This document shows, piece after piece, positions 19,134-28,983 of a stretch of 64,000 bases of DNA (its first letter is position 1; every line of letters begins with the position of its first letter). Under the pieces are notes generated by a model, which worked only from the letters and a program-made list of their open reading frames with translations, did not search any database and had not been told where the DNA came from. A program made the translations under genes and the position numbers. Location: assembly GCA_043807425.1 (NCBI GenBank), contig JAZDFZ010000019.1:27436-91435 (forward strand). Direction: 5' to 3'. Source of the DNA: Actinomycetota bacterium (GTDB lineage: Bacteria > Actinomycetota > Geothermincolia > Fen-727 > Anoxymicrobiaceae).

Positions 19134-21815
19134 TCAAGGTGATACCCCGTAGACCGCGCGTTCGACTGCGATGTCCTGGTTCGAAGTGACCGTGGTCGAG
19201 ACGCTCCACTCACCGGGGCAGGTATCGGCGACGTTCACCGTGCGGCGGGTCCGGGGGCTGAGGACCAGGGTCGGGCCGGTCACCTGGCGGGTGCCGGTCA
19301 TGTACTCGAGGCTCACCGTGGCGTTCTGCGTGCCCGGGTTCTGCACCAGCACCCAGGTCTGGAAGCCCTGGCCCGTGCAGCCCTCGGCTACGTACCAGGT
19401 CTTGCCTCGCGAGGTTACCCCGGCCGAGTCGTGTCCCTCACGCCGCCCGTCCCAGTAGACCGCCCGCTCGGCGATCACCGGCTGGTCGGCGTTGACCTCA
19501 GTCGAAACACTCCAGGCCGCTGGGACCGTGTCCGCTATGTTGACGGTGCGACGCGTGCCCGGGGGCAGGGTCACTAAAGGGCCCGTGACCGGCCCGGCGT
19601 CGGTCATGTACGTAACCTGCGCGTGCGCCTCGACGCTCCCCGGGTTCTGCAGCAGCAGCCAGGTCTCGAACGTGCCCCCGGTGGAGCCCTCGGCCAGGTA
19701 CCAGGTCTTCGAGGCCGACGTCACACCCCCCGAGTCGTGCCCGCCCGCACGCCCGTTCCAGTACATCGCACGCTCGGCGACGACCGGCTCGTCGGACTTG
19801 ACCGTGGTCGAGATATTCCACTCGGCCGGCACCGTGTCCGCGACGTTCACCGTCCTCCGCGAGCGCCCGGGAACGGTCAGCGGCGTGCCCGGGACCAGCC
19901 CCTCCCCCGTCATGTAGGTCAGGGTCACCTGCGCGTCCGCGTCGCCGGGATTCTGCACGAGTACCCAGGTCTCAAATCCGCCGGCGGTACAGCCCTCGGC
20001 CAGGTACCACTCGGTCGCGGTCGAGGTCACCCCGGTCGAGCCGTGGGCCCCGGTCCGGTCGCCCCAGTACATGGCGCGCTCCACAACCACCGGGACGTCG
20101 GAGGTCGCCTTCGCCGAGACCTCCCAGGCCTGTCCCACCGTGTCGGCCGCGTTCACCGTCGCCCTCGAGTCGGGCGGGAGCGTGACGGTCGGCCCGGGCT
20201 TCTCCCCATCGGCGGTCATGTAGATGATATCTACGGTCGCCGCCGTGCTCCCCGGGTTCTGCACCAGCACCCAGGTCTCGAACCCGCCGGCGGTGCAGCC
20301 TTCGGCCAGGTACCAGGTGACCCCCGGCTGGATGACCCCGGGGGCACCGGTCCCCCAGGTCCTGTTTCCTGAGACCGGCTTCGTCGCACCATACTCATAA
20401 GGGCCCATGTCGTACCCCGCGCCGAACGGGCGGGCCCCGCCGTCCAGGTCGATGGCCGGAGCGCCGTCCGACGACCCGGAGTCGATGGCCGGGCTTCCGG
20501 CCTTCAGGTGGTAGTCCCCTGCGGAGCCCCACGCCGGCTGCAGGAACTGCGGGTCCGAGCACAGGACCTCTTCGCCGACCGCCCCGGCCTCCAGCTCTTC
20601 GGCCGTGTATGTCTTTCCGTTGGCCTCCAGCGAGGAGTCGGGATGGTCCGGGCTGTAGAGGATGCAGTGGTCGAGCGTGAGGTCGGCCTCGGGCGCAAAG
20701 TACGGCGCGCCGTGGCCGTCGGCGACAATGTTGTTGCGGAACAGGACGCTTATCTGCGCCGCCCCCCCGTACTCGACGTACATGGGGTACGCCTCCCGCT
20801 CGGGGTTGTCGTGGATGGCACAGTTCTCTATCTCGAAGTCCGCGCCCTCCTGCTCGGTGCCGATGACCAGACCGGCCCAGGGGGAGGCCCCGCCGACACC
20901 GTCGCCTGTGCCGTAGACGAGCGTGTTCTCGACCCGGCTGCCGTCGCCCCACAGCTTGACCCCGTCGCAGGAGTTGTTCGCGACCACGCACTCGTGGATG
21001 TGGGTGTTCTGGCACTTGGAGTCCAACCCGTCGCCCCTGTTATGCTCGGCGACCGTGTCCACGATCTCAATGGGCCCCTCGGAGGGCTCGACCCCGAAGC
21101 CGTCGGGCCGGTCGTAGGGGCTCGGCCCCGGGCCGCCCTGGTAGTAGTGCCCCGAGTAAGAGAGGGTACAGCCGCGCACCTTTACGTTGCGCCATCCTCC
21201 CTGCTGACCCACCGGCCCGCCGAGGCAGCCGAACCCGCAGTACGACATCACGCACCCCTGGATGGTCGCGTCCGACAGGTCCGCGAAGTCCATCGCGCCC
21301 TCGTCTATGTGGTGGATGTAAAGGTCCTCGAGTGTCAGGTGGTCGACCGGCCCGCTGGAGCCGGCGATCCCGCCCCTGAACAGCGCCCCGTTGTCGGAGG
21401 TTATCTCCAGGTTCTCGATCGTGACGTAGCCGGTTCCCCCGATGTCCACCGCGGAGAACAGGTTGTCGCGCCCCGCGAGCACCGGGCGGTTGCCTTCCTC
21501 ACCCTTGATGACTATGGGCGCCGAGGCGGTCCCGGTCGGGGGGGTGATCATGTCGTCGTAGAAGGTGGACAGGATGTACCGCCCGCCCCGGATGACCAGG
21601 GTGTCCCCCGCCTGGAGTTGCTTCGAGGCGTAACCCGGGGTCTTCCATGGCTGGTCGAGCGTCCCCGGATTTGAGTCGAGGCCGGACGGGGACACATAGT
21701 AGGTCTGCGCGTCCCCGCCCGTACTCCCTGCCGCGCACGCGGGCGCCGTCCCCATCGCCACTACGATGACGAGGACGAGTGCGACCCGCGCCACCGCCAC
21801 TGTTCCAGCCTTCAT
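19134..21815 (-). CDS. Secreted right-handed parallel beta-helix protein with four C-terminal WYLAEG repeats
   Basis: Signal peptide; YYVSPSGLDSNPGT..PW, GDTLVIRGG, DYHLKAGSPAIDSG..DMGPYE; 4 repeats. Confidence 0.88.
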   Translation of the reverse strand: MKAGTVAVARVALVLVIVVAMGTAPACAAGSTGGDAQTYYVSPSGLDSNPGTLDQPWKTPGYASKQLQAGDTLVIRGGRYILSTFYDDMITPPTGTASAPIVIKGEEGNRPVLAGRDNLFSAVDIGGTGYVTIENLEITSDNGALFRGGIAGSSGPVDHLTLEDLYIHHIDEGAMDFADLSDATIQGCVMSYCGFGCLGGPVGQQGGWRNVKVRGCTLSYSGHYYQGGPGPSPYDRPDGFGVEPSEGPIEIVDTVAEHNRGDGLDSKCQNTHIHECVVANNSCDGVKLWGDGSRVENTLVYGTGDGVGGASPWAGLVIGTEQEGADFEIENCAIHDNPEREAYPMYVEYGGAAQISVLFRNNIVADGHGAPYFAPEADLTLDHCILYSPDHPDSSLEANGKTYTAEELEAGAVGEEVLCSDPQFLQPAWGSAGDYHLKAGSPAIDSGSSDGAPAIDLDGGARPFGAGYDMGPYEYGATKPVSGNRTWGTGAPGVIQPGVTWYLAEGCTAGGFETWVLVQNPGSTAATVDIIYMTADGEKPGPTVTLPPDSRATVNAADTVGQAWEVSAKATSDVPVVVERAMYWGDRTGAHGSTGVTSTATEWYLAEGCTAGGFETWVLVQNPGDADAQVTLTYMTGEGLVPGTPLTVPGRSRRTVNVADTVPAEWNISTTVKSDEPVVAERAMYWNGRAGGHDSGGVTSASKTWYLAEGSTGGTFETWLLLQNPGSVEAHAQVTYMTDAGPVTGPLVTLPPGTRRTVNIADTVPAAWSVSTEVNADQPVIAERAVYWDGRREGHDSAGVTSRGKTWYVAEGCTGQGFQTWVLVQNPGTQNATVSLEYMTGTRQVTGPTLVLSPRTRRTVNVADTCPGEWSVSTTVTSNQDIAVERAVYGVSP

Positions 21816-21833
21816 TTTCGGCCCTCTACCAGT

Positions 21834-21861
21834 TATTCGGTTCGAGCTGGTGCGTCCTTTA
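21834..21861 (-). promoter_or_regulatory. Candidate sigma28/WhiG-type promoter TAAA-N16-ACCGAATA
   Basis: Ends 18 nt upstream of the beta-helix gene ATG. Confidence 0.45.
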
Positions 21862-21901
21862 ACCGGTAGACGATGCCGGTGCCCGATCCCTTACGAGTGA
21901 A

Positions 21902-21934
21902 TGAATTGAATGGTGCCTGGCACCATTCAATTCA
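21902..21934. repeat. Perfect palindrome TGAATTGAATGGTGCC-T-GGCACCATTCAATTCA (family C)
   Basis: 16-bp arms around the GTGCCTGGCAC core. Confidence 0.88.
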
Positions 21935-21936
21935 GA

Positions 21937-21973
21937 CCCCCTCACCCTGACCCTCTCCCCCCAGGGGAGAGGG
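21937..21973 (+). repeat. REP-like element family B
   Basis: CCCCCTCACCCTGACCCTCTCCCCCCAGGGGAGAGGG. Confidence 0.85.
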
Positions 21974-21988
21974 AATAAGGGAGAGTGG

Positions 21989-24268
21989 TTACGGTTGGGA
22001 GCTCGAAGAACCGCCGATCGTGTCCGTGCCGGCGCCCCTGCACAATGAGGGGTTCACGCTCTCCCTGGGCCAGTACATGGAGCGCTCGACCATCACCGGG
22101 CGGCCGGCTTCCGGGTCGCTGCTGACCATCACCGCCGCGCGGCCGGCGGCCCCGGAGTGAGCCCCCATCTCGTAGGTCCTCCGGGTGTTGGCGGGGATCG
22201 TCTCCGTCTTCGTCACATTTCCCTGCCCGTTGGGCCTGAAGTACGAGACGACCACCTGGACCTCCACCGCGTTCGGGTTCTGGATGAGCGTCCACGTCTC
22301 TATCTGCGGGCTGGAATCCCCGTCCGGCAGGTAGAACACGTAGTCCGGGGCGGGCATGCCGATGGAGTCGTGACAGGTCTCGCCGTACCCGCGGTCCCAG
22401 TACATGGCGCGCTCGGCGATGATGGGCTGCGTGCCGTGGACCCGGGTCGAGAAGTTGGGATCGGGGAGCACCATCTCGGCGTTCACGTTTATGGTCCGCC
22501 TGGTGTTGGGCTCCATCCTGAAGACGGGCATGTCCACGGGCCCCGCGCCGGTCATGTACGTCACGGTGACATCGGTGGCCGTCGCCTGGGGGTTCTGCAC
22601 CAGGATGAAGGACGTGAAACCGTAGGAAGTGCACCCCTCGGCCAGGTAGTAGTCCATCGACGGGTTGATGGTCCCGATGGAGTCGTGGCCCTCGCGCCGG
22701 TTGTAACGGTACATCGCCCTCTCGGGGATCACGGGCAGGTCGGAGTCCACCTTGATCGAGGCGTCCTTCGCGCCGATGTCCACTCCCATGTCGAAGGAGG
22801 CCCTCGAGTTCGCCGGGACAGTATGCTCGATCACCTGCGGCCCCTCGCCCTCTATCATGTAGGTGACGTCGCAGGTCGCCTCCAGTCCGTTGGGGTTCTG
22901 TATGAGGAGCCAGCACTCGAAGCCCCACTTCGAGGACCCCTCGGGGAGGAACCATGTAGTATCGGGGGCGGTGACCCCCACCGAGCTGTGGGACTCCTGG
23001 CAGCCTGCTCCAGGGCCCGTCCACATCATGCGCCTATCGACGGCGATGGTGTAACCCTCCTTGCACTCGACGCGAGTCGAGAAGTCCGTCGACCCGATGT
23101 CTCCCCTGGGGTCGATGGTCACCTGGGACTGCGCGGCGAGCGGCAGGTCCGGGCTCGTCTGCTCGCCGTCCCTGGTCTGGTAGGTCACCTCCGCGGTGAC
23201 CGGGACAGTGTTGGGGTTCTCGATGGTGATGAACGTCTCGAAGCCCCAGTCGGAGGACCCCTCCGCCAGGTACCAGGTGGTCAGCGACTCTCCCCCGTTC
23301 TCGGTCTTGAGGATCGTCCCGTTCGCTCCCACGGCCCAGGCCGTGTCGGCGTCCACGGCGGACACCCCGTACAGGTCGCCGGCCGGGGGGGCGGGCTGCT
23401 TGAACCAGCCGTTCCCCCCGTCCCCCGTCTGGAGGATGAACCCGCCCAGGGTGCTGAAGTCGTTGTACCCGACAGCCCATGCCGTGTTCGTGCCCGCGGC
23501 GCTTATGTCGAAGAGGATGTCGTCGGTCGGGCTGGGCTGCGTCGTCCAGTTGGTCCCGCTGTTGGTGGTCTTGACGACGGTCCCGCCGAACCCGTCCGCC
23601 CAGGCGGTGCTGGAGTTGGTCATCACGACTCCCCGGAGCTTGTTCGTAGTCCCCGGGTCGCGCTCGGACCAGGTGTTACCGCCGTCTATGGTCCGGACCA
23701 CCCTGCCCTCGTCGCCGACCGCGAAGGCGTGGTTCGTGTCGGTGGCATCGATGCTCCAAAGGCTCTTTCCCGCGACGCTCTGGTTGTCCCAATTATTCCC
23801 GCCGTCGGTCGTCTTGAGGATGGTCCCGTCGTAACCCACTATCCACACCGTGGTGGGGCTGAGCACCTTCACGCCCCGCAGGTTCTTCGTGCCGGTCGGC
23901 ACAGGCGCCAGGGGCGGGTTCCAGGCGGTCCCGTTGGTGGTGAGCAGCACGATGCCCCCGTCACCCACGACCCACGCGTTGCTGGAGTCAAGGGCGTCAA
24001 CGCAGGCGAAGTCCTCGCCGATGGTCCCGGAGGCCTGCGCCTGCCAGGTCGAGCCGTTCGTCGTCTTGAGGATGGTGTCGTTGGTGCCGACCGCCCAGGC
24101 CACATCCTGGCTGACCGCGCTCACTGATAGGAGATTATGAGTCACCCCGGATACCTGCTCGACCCACCCCTGTACCACGGGCTGGGCGACCGCCGTAGTG
24201 CCCCACGGCAGCGCCAGGGCGCACACCATCAGCCCGATCATTACCATTCCGGTTCCGCGCATCCTCAT
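21989..24268 (-). CDS. Secreted YCF48/BNR beta-propeller protein with four C-terminal WYLAEG repeats
   Basis: Signal peptide; seven AWAVG..GTILKTTDGG..W-type repeats; 4 repeats. Confidence 0.88.
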   Translation of the reverse strand: MRMRGTGMVMIGLMVCALALPWGTTAVAQPVVQGWVEQVSGVTHNLLSVSAVSQDVAWAVGTNDTILKTTNGSTWQAQASGTIGEDFACVDALDSSNAWVVGDGGIVLLTTNGTAWNPPLAPVPTGTKNLRGVKVLSPTTVWIVGYDGTILKTTDGGNNWDNQSVAGKSLWSIDATDTNHAFAVGDEGRVVRTIDGGNTWSERDPGTTNKLRGVVMTNSSTAWADGFGGTVVKTTNSGTNWTTQPSPTDDILFDISAAGTNTAWAVGYNDFSTLGGFILQTGDGGNGWFKQPAPPAGDLYGVSAVDADTAWAVGANGTILKTENGGESLTTWYLAEGSSDWGFETFITIENPNTVPVTAEVTYQTRDGEQTSPDLPLAAQSQVTIDPRGDIGSTDFSTRVECKEGYTIAVDRRMMWTGPGAGCQESHSSVGVTAPDTTWFLPEGSSKWGFECWLLIQNPNGLEATCDVTYMIEGEGPQVIEHTVPANSRASFDMGVDIGAKDASIKVDSDLPVIPERAMYRYNRREGHDSIGTINPSMDYYLAEGCTSYGFTSFILVQNPQATATDVTVTYMTGAGPVDMPVFRMEPNTRRTINVNAEMVLPDPNFSTRVHGTQPIIAERAMYWDRGYGETCHDSIGMPAPDYVFYLPDGDSSPQIETWTLIQNPNAVEVQVVVSYFRPNGQGNVTKTETIPANTRRTYEMGAHSGAAGRAAVMVSSDPEAGRPVMVERSMYWPRESVNPSLCRGAGTDTIGGSSSSQP

Positions 24269-24437
24269 CGAAGGACCCTCCCGTTTTATCGCAGGCTCGT
24301 TCCTGTTCCAGTATAGCCATTCTACCAGCGAAGCCCATGGTTCATTGCGCCTCGGGGGCCGGTCTTGCGTTGTCCCCCGGGTGAGACGAGAATAGCAGCG
24401 CGATGGATCGGTCAGGAGTCTCTCAGCGGGGAGTGAG

Positions 24438-25976
24438 ATGAAAGACAAGCGAGCGATAGTGGTGGGTGCGGGGCTCGGCGGGCTCTCGGCCGCGGCCTAC
24501 CTCGCAAAGGCCGGCCTCGAGGTGGACGTCTTCGAGCGCAACAGCTACCCGGGCGGCTACGCCTGCAGCTTCGTCCGGGGCCCTTACGAGTTCGAGGCCT
24601 CGCTGCACGAGCTCTCGGGCATCGGCCCGCCCGGCAACCGCGGCTCTTGCTACCGCGTGCTGGAGGGTTGCGACGTCGCCCGCCGGGTGGAGTTCCTCCC
24701 GATAGACGACTTCTACACCTCCATCTTCCCCGACTTCACGGTGAGGGTGCCCCACGGCTGGGAGGCGGCCGAGGAGGCATACTGCGATCAGTTCCCCCTG
24801 GAGAGCAAGGGGATAAGCAGGGTAATGCGGGCCATGCGCAGGATAAACGACGCGTCCGCCGAGGCCTCGAAAATCACGAAGGCGTCCGACGCGCTGACCC
24901 TCCCGTTCAAGGCCGGGGACCTGGTACGCTCCATGGGTATCACCACGGCCCAGGCGCTCGACCGCGAGATGAAGGATCCCGCGCTGAAGGCGCTGTTCAC
25001 CAACATCTGGGGGTACTACGGGCTGCCGCCCTCGCGGCTCTCCTGGATGCTCTTCGCCGTCGCCAACGCCTCCTACATCGAGCACGGCCCCTACCACGTC
25101 AAGGGGACCACCCAGGCGCTCTCCAACGCGTTCGTCGAGTCCATCGAGGACAACGGGGGGAGGGTGCACCTCCGCGACGGGGTCGTCAGCATCGAGGTCG
25201 CCGACGGTCGCGCCACCGGGGTGGTGACCGGGCAGGGCGGCAGGCACAAGGCCGACTTCGTGGTTTGCAGCGCCAATCCCATCACGACCTGCTTCTCGCT
25301 CATCGGGCCGGACAAGGTGCCGGCCGATTACCTCAAGGCCCTCGCGGGTCGCCACATCGCGGTGTCCACCTTCAACGTGTACATGGGCCTCGACCACCCG
25401 GCCGACGACCTGGGGCTCGACGGGCACGAGTTCTTTATCAACGAGGGGTACGACTACGACGATCAGTACATGAGGATGTTCACCACGGACCGGCCGTCGT
25501 ACTGGGCGGTGACCAACTACAACCACGCGGACCCGGAGTTCTCCCCACCCGGCACCTCGGTGGTGGTACTGACCACCCTGGTCGACTACACCCCGTGGGC
25601 GCACCTGCCCGCGGACCGCTACCGCGAGACCAAGGATCGGATTGCCCGCGAGATGATCGAGGCGACCGACCGCCGCTTTCCGGGCTTGAAGGACCACCTC
25701 GCGGTGGTGGAGGTCTCCACCCCCATCACCAACATGCGCTACAGCGGGAACCCGGGAGGCTCCATCCTGGGGTTCGACTACGACCTGGCCGGTAGCCCGC
25801 CGTTCCGCCTGTCGAACCGCGGCCCGCTGGAGCGGCTCTACTTCGCGAACGCGTGGGTGAGGATGGGCGGCGGAATGGAGACCTGTATCACCTCGGGGCT
25901 CTTCGCCTACGGCGAGGTGATGAAGGACCTGCGGGGCACCAGGGGGCTGGCGAAGCTGCTCCCTGCCACCGGGTAG
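24438..25976 (+). CDS. Phytoene desaturase/retinol saturase family FAD-dependent oxidoreductase
   Basis: VVGAGLGGLSAA..FER...PGG Rossmann fold; VSTPIT..YSGNPGGSILG. Confidence 0.85.
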   Translation: MKDKRAIVVGAGLGGLSAAAYLAKAGLEVDVFERNSYPGGYACSFVRGPYEFEASLHELSGIGPPGNRGSCYRVLEGCDVARRVEFLPIDDFYTSIFPDFTVRVPHGWEAAEEAYCDQFPLESKGISRVMRAMRRINDASAEASKITKASDALTLPFKAGDLVRSMGITTAQALDREMKDPALKALFTNIWGYYGLPPSRLSWMLFAVANASYIEHGPYHVKGTTQALSNAFVESIEDNGGRVHLRDGVVSIEVADGRATGVVTGQGGRHKADFVVCSANPITTCFSLIGPDKVPADYLKALAGRHIAVSTFNVYMGLDHPADDLGLDGHEFFINEGYDYDDQYMRMFTTDRPSYWAVTNYNHADPEFSPPGTSVVVLTTLVDYTPWAHLPADRYRETKDRIAREMIEATDRRFPGLKDHLAVVEVSTPITNMRYSGNPGGSILGFDYDLAGSPPFRLSNRGPLERLYFANAWVRMGGGMETCITSGLFAYGEVMKDLRGTRGLAKLLPATG

Positions 25977-25994
25977 ACTCATAAGGAGAATGTG

Positions 25995-27164
25995 ATGGCG
26001 CTGAGGGACCTGGCCGACGGGCTTCACGACGTGGCCTCCATCGGGCTCGTGCTGGGCAAGCGGATGGTGGCCGATTCGCTGGCCGACATCAGGGATGTGG
26101 AGCCGGAGCTCCCCGATGAGCTGGTGGAGCGCCTGCACCCCCGACGCGTGCCCGGCAGGGTCGCAGAGATCATAGAGGAGACGGCCAGCACCAGGACGCT
26201 GCGCCTGGTACCGGTCGGCGAGCCGTTCCCGCCGTTTCGCGCGGGGCAGTTCTTCGCCCTCTTCTGCGAGGTGGGCGGGGTGCGCACCAGCCGCGCCTAC
26301 AGCGTCTCGTCCCCTCCCACTAGGAGCTACCTGGACATCACGGTGCGTAGGATGCCGGAAGGGTTCGTCTCGGTGTACCTCTGCGAAGAGGCCGCGGTGG
26401 GTGACGTCTTCGAGCTCTCGGGCCCCGGGGGCTCCTTCTACCACGAGCCGATGACCGACTCACGCGAGCTGGTGTTCCTGGCCGGGGGCAGCGGCGTGAC
26501 CCCCTTCATGAGCATGGTCCGCTCTTTCGCCGACCTGGACGCCGGGCCGCGCGTCCACCTGGTGTACGGCTCGCGCACCCTCGACGACGTCATCTTCGAG
26601 GACGAGCTGGCCGCCATGGCCCGTACCCACGAGAGCTTCCGGCTGGACCTGGTCATCAGCGAGCCGCCCGAGGAGTTCGGCGGCTGCCGTGGCTTCCTCG
26701 ACGCTCCGATGCTCTCGTCCCTGCTGGACGGGGTGGAGGGCAAGACGTTCTTCATCTGCGGGCCTCACGCGATGTACGGGCTGTGCACCGGGGCGCTGGA
26801 GGGGCTCGGGGTTCCCTCGGCGAGCGTCAAGAAGGAAGCGAGCGGCCCGCCGCCGGACATAACCCTCGTCGAGGGCTGGCCGAAGAAGATCAAGCCCTCG
26901 AAGAAGGCCACAGTCAGTGTGGAGGGTACGCGGTTGAGCTTCGAGGCCCGGTGCGGGGAGCCGCTGCTCAACTCGCTCGAGCGCAACGGTGTCGCTGTCG
27001 AGAACCTCTGCCGCTCCGGGGAGTGCGGGGTCTGCCGCTCCAGCCTTGTGTCCGGCGAGGTGTTCATGCCGGCCTCGGTGGTTCTTCGCAAGGCCGACGT
27101 GGCTTTCGGCTACATCCATCCCTGCATGTCCTACCCCCTCGGCGACCTGACGATCAGGCTATAG
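25995..27164 (+). CDS. FAD/NAD(P)-binding reductase with C-terminal [2Fe-2S] domain (PaaE/Hcr-like)
   Basis: RAYSVSS, GFVS, LAGGSGVTPF, FICGP, CRSGECGVC..C. Confidence 0.9.
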   Translation: MALRDLADGLHDVASIGLVLGKRMVADSLADIRDVEPELPDELVERLHPRRVPGRVAEIIEETASTRTLRLVPVGEPFPPFRAGQFFALFCEVGGVRTSRAYSVSSPPTRSYLDITVRRMPEGFVSVYLCEEAAVGDVFELSGPGGSFYHEPMTDSRELVFLAGGSGVTPFMSMVRSFADLDAGPRVHLVYGSRTLDDVIFEDELAAMARTHESFRLDLVISEPPEEFGGCRGFLDAPMLSSLLDGVEGKTFFICGPHAMYGLCTGALEGLGVPSASVKKEASGPPPDITLVEGWPKKIKPSKKATVSVEGTRLSFEARCGEPLLNSLERNGVAVENLCRSGECGVCRSSLVSGEVFMPASVVLRKADVAFGYIHPCMSYPLGDLTIRL

Positions 27165-27242
27165 GGGTCAGGTCCAAGACGTTTCATTTCGAAACACGGA
27201 GTCAGGTCAGCCAGGTGATCCGGGGAGCGGCGGGGCCCGCCT

Positions 27243-27722
27243 TCAGTCTCTCCCCCACATGAATCCGATGATGGAGATCATCCGGCTCCAGTTATAGACC
27301 AGGATCCCCAGGAGCCAGGCCACGTAGATGATGCTTACCCAGTTGAGCTGGGTGAAGGCGATTATCGGCGTGATTATGAGCAGCGGCATCTCCAGTATCA
27401 GGATGATGCGGCGCGTCCGCACGAAGCTCACGATTATGCACGCCGCCAGCAGGTATCCCAGCGACCAGACCGGCGCCAGGAACCCGCATGCGATGAAGTA
27501 GATGTAACCCGCCAGGTCCAGGACCAGGTCGACGGCGAGGTCGTTGTCGCCGATACGGCTCTGCACGGGGGTTTCCAGGCTGCGGGCGAGCTGCCCGTCC
27601 GCCACGTCGGTGGTCCACCCGATGAGAATCAGCATGAGAACTATGCCGGCCGCCTCGCGACCGAACAGCAGCCCGACCGTGATCACGGCGAGGGCGATCA
27701 CCAGCCTCGAGGCCGTCAACAT
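27243..27722 (-). CDS. CDP-alcohol phosphatidyltransferase family protein (start uncertain)
   Basis: LTASR..TDVADGQLAR......G..DLAVD signature; multiple TMs. Confidence 0.75.
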   Translation of the reverse strand: MLTASRLVIALAVITVGLLFGREAAGIVLMLILIGWTTDVADGQLARSLETPVQSRIGDNDLAVDLVLDLAGYIYFIACGFLAPVWSLGYLLAACIIVSFVRTRRIILILEMPLLIITPIIAFTQLNWVSIIYVAWLLGILVYNWSRMISIIGFMWGRD

Positions 27723-27878
27723 GTCCGCGACGCGCTTCCTGGCCGGTATGGCTTCAGCTGATGATGTTTCCTGCAATCCCGGTCCCGTTTCTCGGCCGTC
27801 CGGCAGCTTTCCGCCGGTAGGACAACTCCGACCATAGTGTACTATAGACCTGCACAAAATCCTGGTTGGAGGCAACCG

Positions 27879-28949
27879 GTGGATTCCCCTCGGAAAGGAA
27901 GCGCGAGCCGGCACTTCAAGCTACTGCTGGACCTTCTGGTGGTGGCACTGGTGGCGTTCGCCCTCTACACGGTGCTGAGCCAGCGGTCCAGCCTGGCCAG
28001 GACCCTGCGGGTCATCCGGGGCGCCGACCTGTGGCTGATCGGGGTCGCCTTCCTGCTGGAGGCGGCGAGCTACCTGGGCTACTCGTACTTCTTCTACCGG
28101 CTGTGCAGGCCAGGCACTCCGCGCTTCACCTTCCCGCGGGCGCTGCACACGCAGGTCACGGCGTACGGCATAGGCAACGTGACGCCGGGGGGCGGGGCCG
28201 GGGGGCTCTACTTCTACTACAGGGGGCTGACCAACAACGGTTGCACGCCCGAGCGCAGCGTCGCCTACGTGGTCATCGCCAACCTGGTCTCGGGCGCGAT
28301 CCTGGCGGTCTTCTTCTGTGTGGGAGCGGTGATGACGACGGTCACGGGCCTGCTGTCTTCGGGCTACGCTGCCGCGGCGCTCGCCGGGGCGGCCCTGTTG
28401 AGCGGTGTGTTCGCGGCCTGCTTCTGGCTGCTGCTGAAGACCGACGTCCTGCTTTCGGGCCTGCGGTGGTTCCGGCCACGGCTGCTGAAGGTATCCCGCG
28501 GCAGAATCAGGCTCAGCGAGAAGGTGGACGAGACCGTGGTGGAGTCGGGGGCGCAGCTGCGATCGTTCCTGGGGAGTCGGGGCCGCCTCGCCGGCGCCAT
28601 GGCCGGATCCCTCGGTTACTGGGCGTTCGACATGCTCTGCCTGGCCGCCTGTTTCCTGGCGTTCTCCCGCGGCGTGAACCTCTGGGTCCTCCTCTTCGGC
28701 TACGGGATCGGGATGGCGATGATGGTGGTGCCGGTGACCCACGGGGGGCTGGGCCTGGTCGAGGGTAGCCTGGTCCTGGTGTACGTGGCCATGGGCATCA
28801 GGCCGGAGGTGGCGATAGCCGGGGTCCTTGCCTACCGCCTCTTCTCCTTCTGGCTGCCGATAGCGGCCGGTCTCATCGGGCTTTCCATGTTCCCCCTGCG
28901 GAAGCGCGCCGAGGAACCCGCCGGGGAGCTGGCCGCCGAGATCCGCTGA
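27879..28949 (+). CDS. Lysylphosphatidylglycerol synthase TM-domain (UPF0104 flippase-like) protein
   Basis: GNVTPGG, VPVTHGGLGLVE, LAYRLFSFWLP. Confidence 0.88.
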   Translation: MDSPRKGSASRHFKLLLDLLVVALVAFALYTVLSQRSSLARTLRVIRGADLWLIGVAFLLEAASYLGYSYFFYRLCRPGTPRFTFPRALHTQVTAYGIGNVTPGGGAGGLYFYYRGLTNNGCTPERSVAYVVIANLVSGAILAVFFCVGAVMTTVTGLLSSGYAAAALAGAALLSGVFAACFWLLLKTDVLLSGLRWFRPRLLKVSRGRIRLSEKVDETVVESGAQLRSFLGSRGRLAGAMAGSLGYWAFDMLCLAACFLAFSRGVNLWVLLFGYGIGMAMMVVPVTHGGLGLVEGSLVLVYVAMGIRPEVAIAGVLAYRLFSFWLPIAAGLIGLSMFPLRKRAEEPAGELAAEIR

Positions 28950-28950
28950 C

Positions 28951-28979
28951 TTTCGCATCGGCGTCTGACCCCGATGCGA
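28951..28979. repeat. Family C hairpin between convergent genes
   Basis: Identical to the core at 13460-13488. Confidence 0.85.
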
Positions 28980-28983
28980 GACC

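Noticed and set aside
22157-24127. Long antisense/alternate-frame ORFs (also 24423-26444, 33176-35017, 46206-48371, 40355-41770)
   Set aside because: Shadow ORFs expected from high GC at third codon positions; they lie opposite well-supported genes and show no motifs.
24438-25976. Carotenoid biosynthesis (crtI)
   Set aside because: No crtB or crtE in the window; family membership alone does not support the call.
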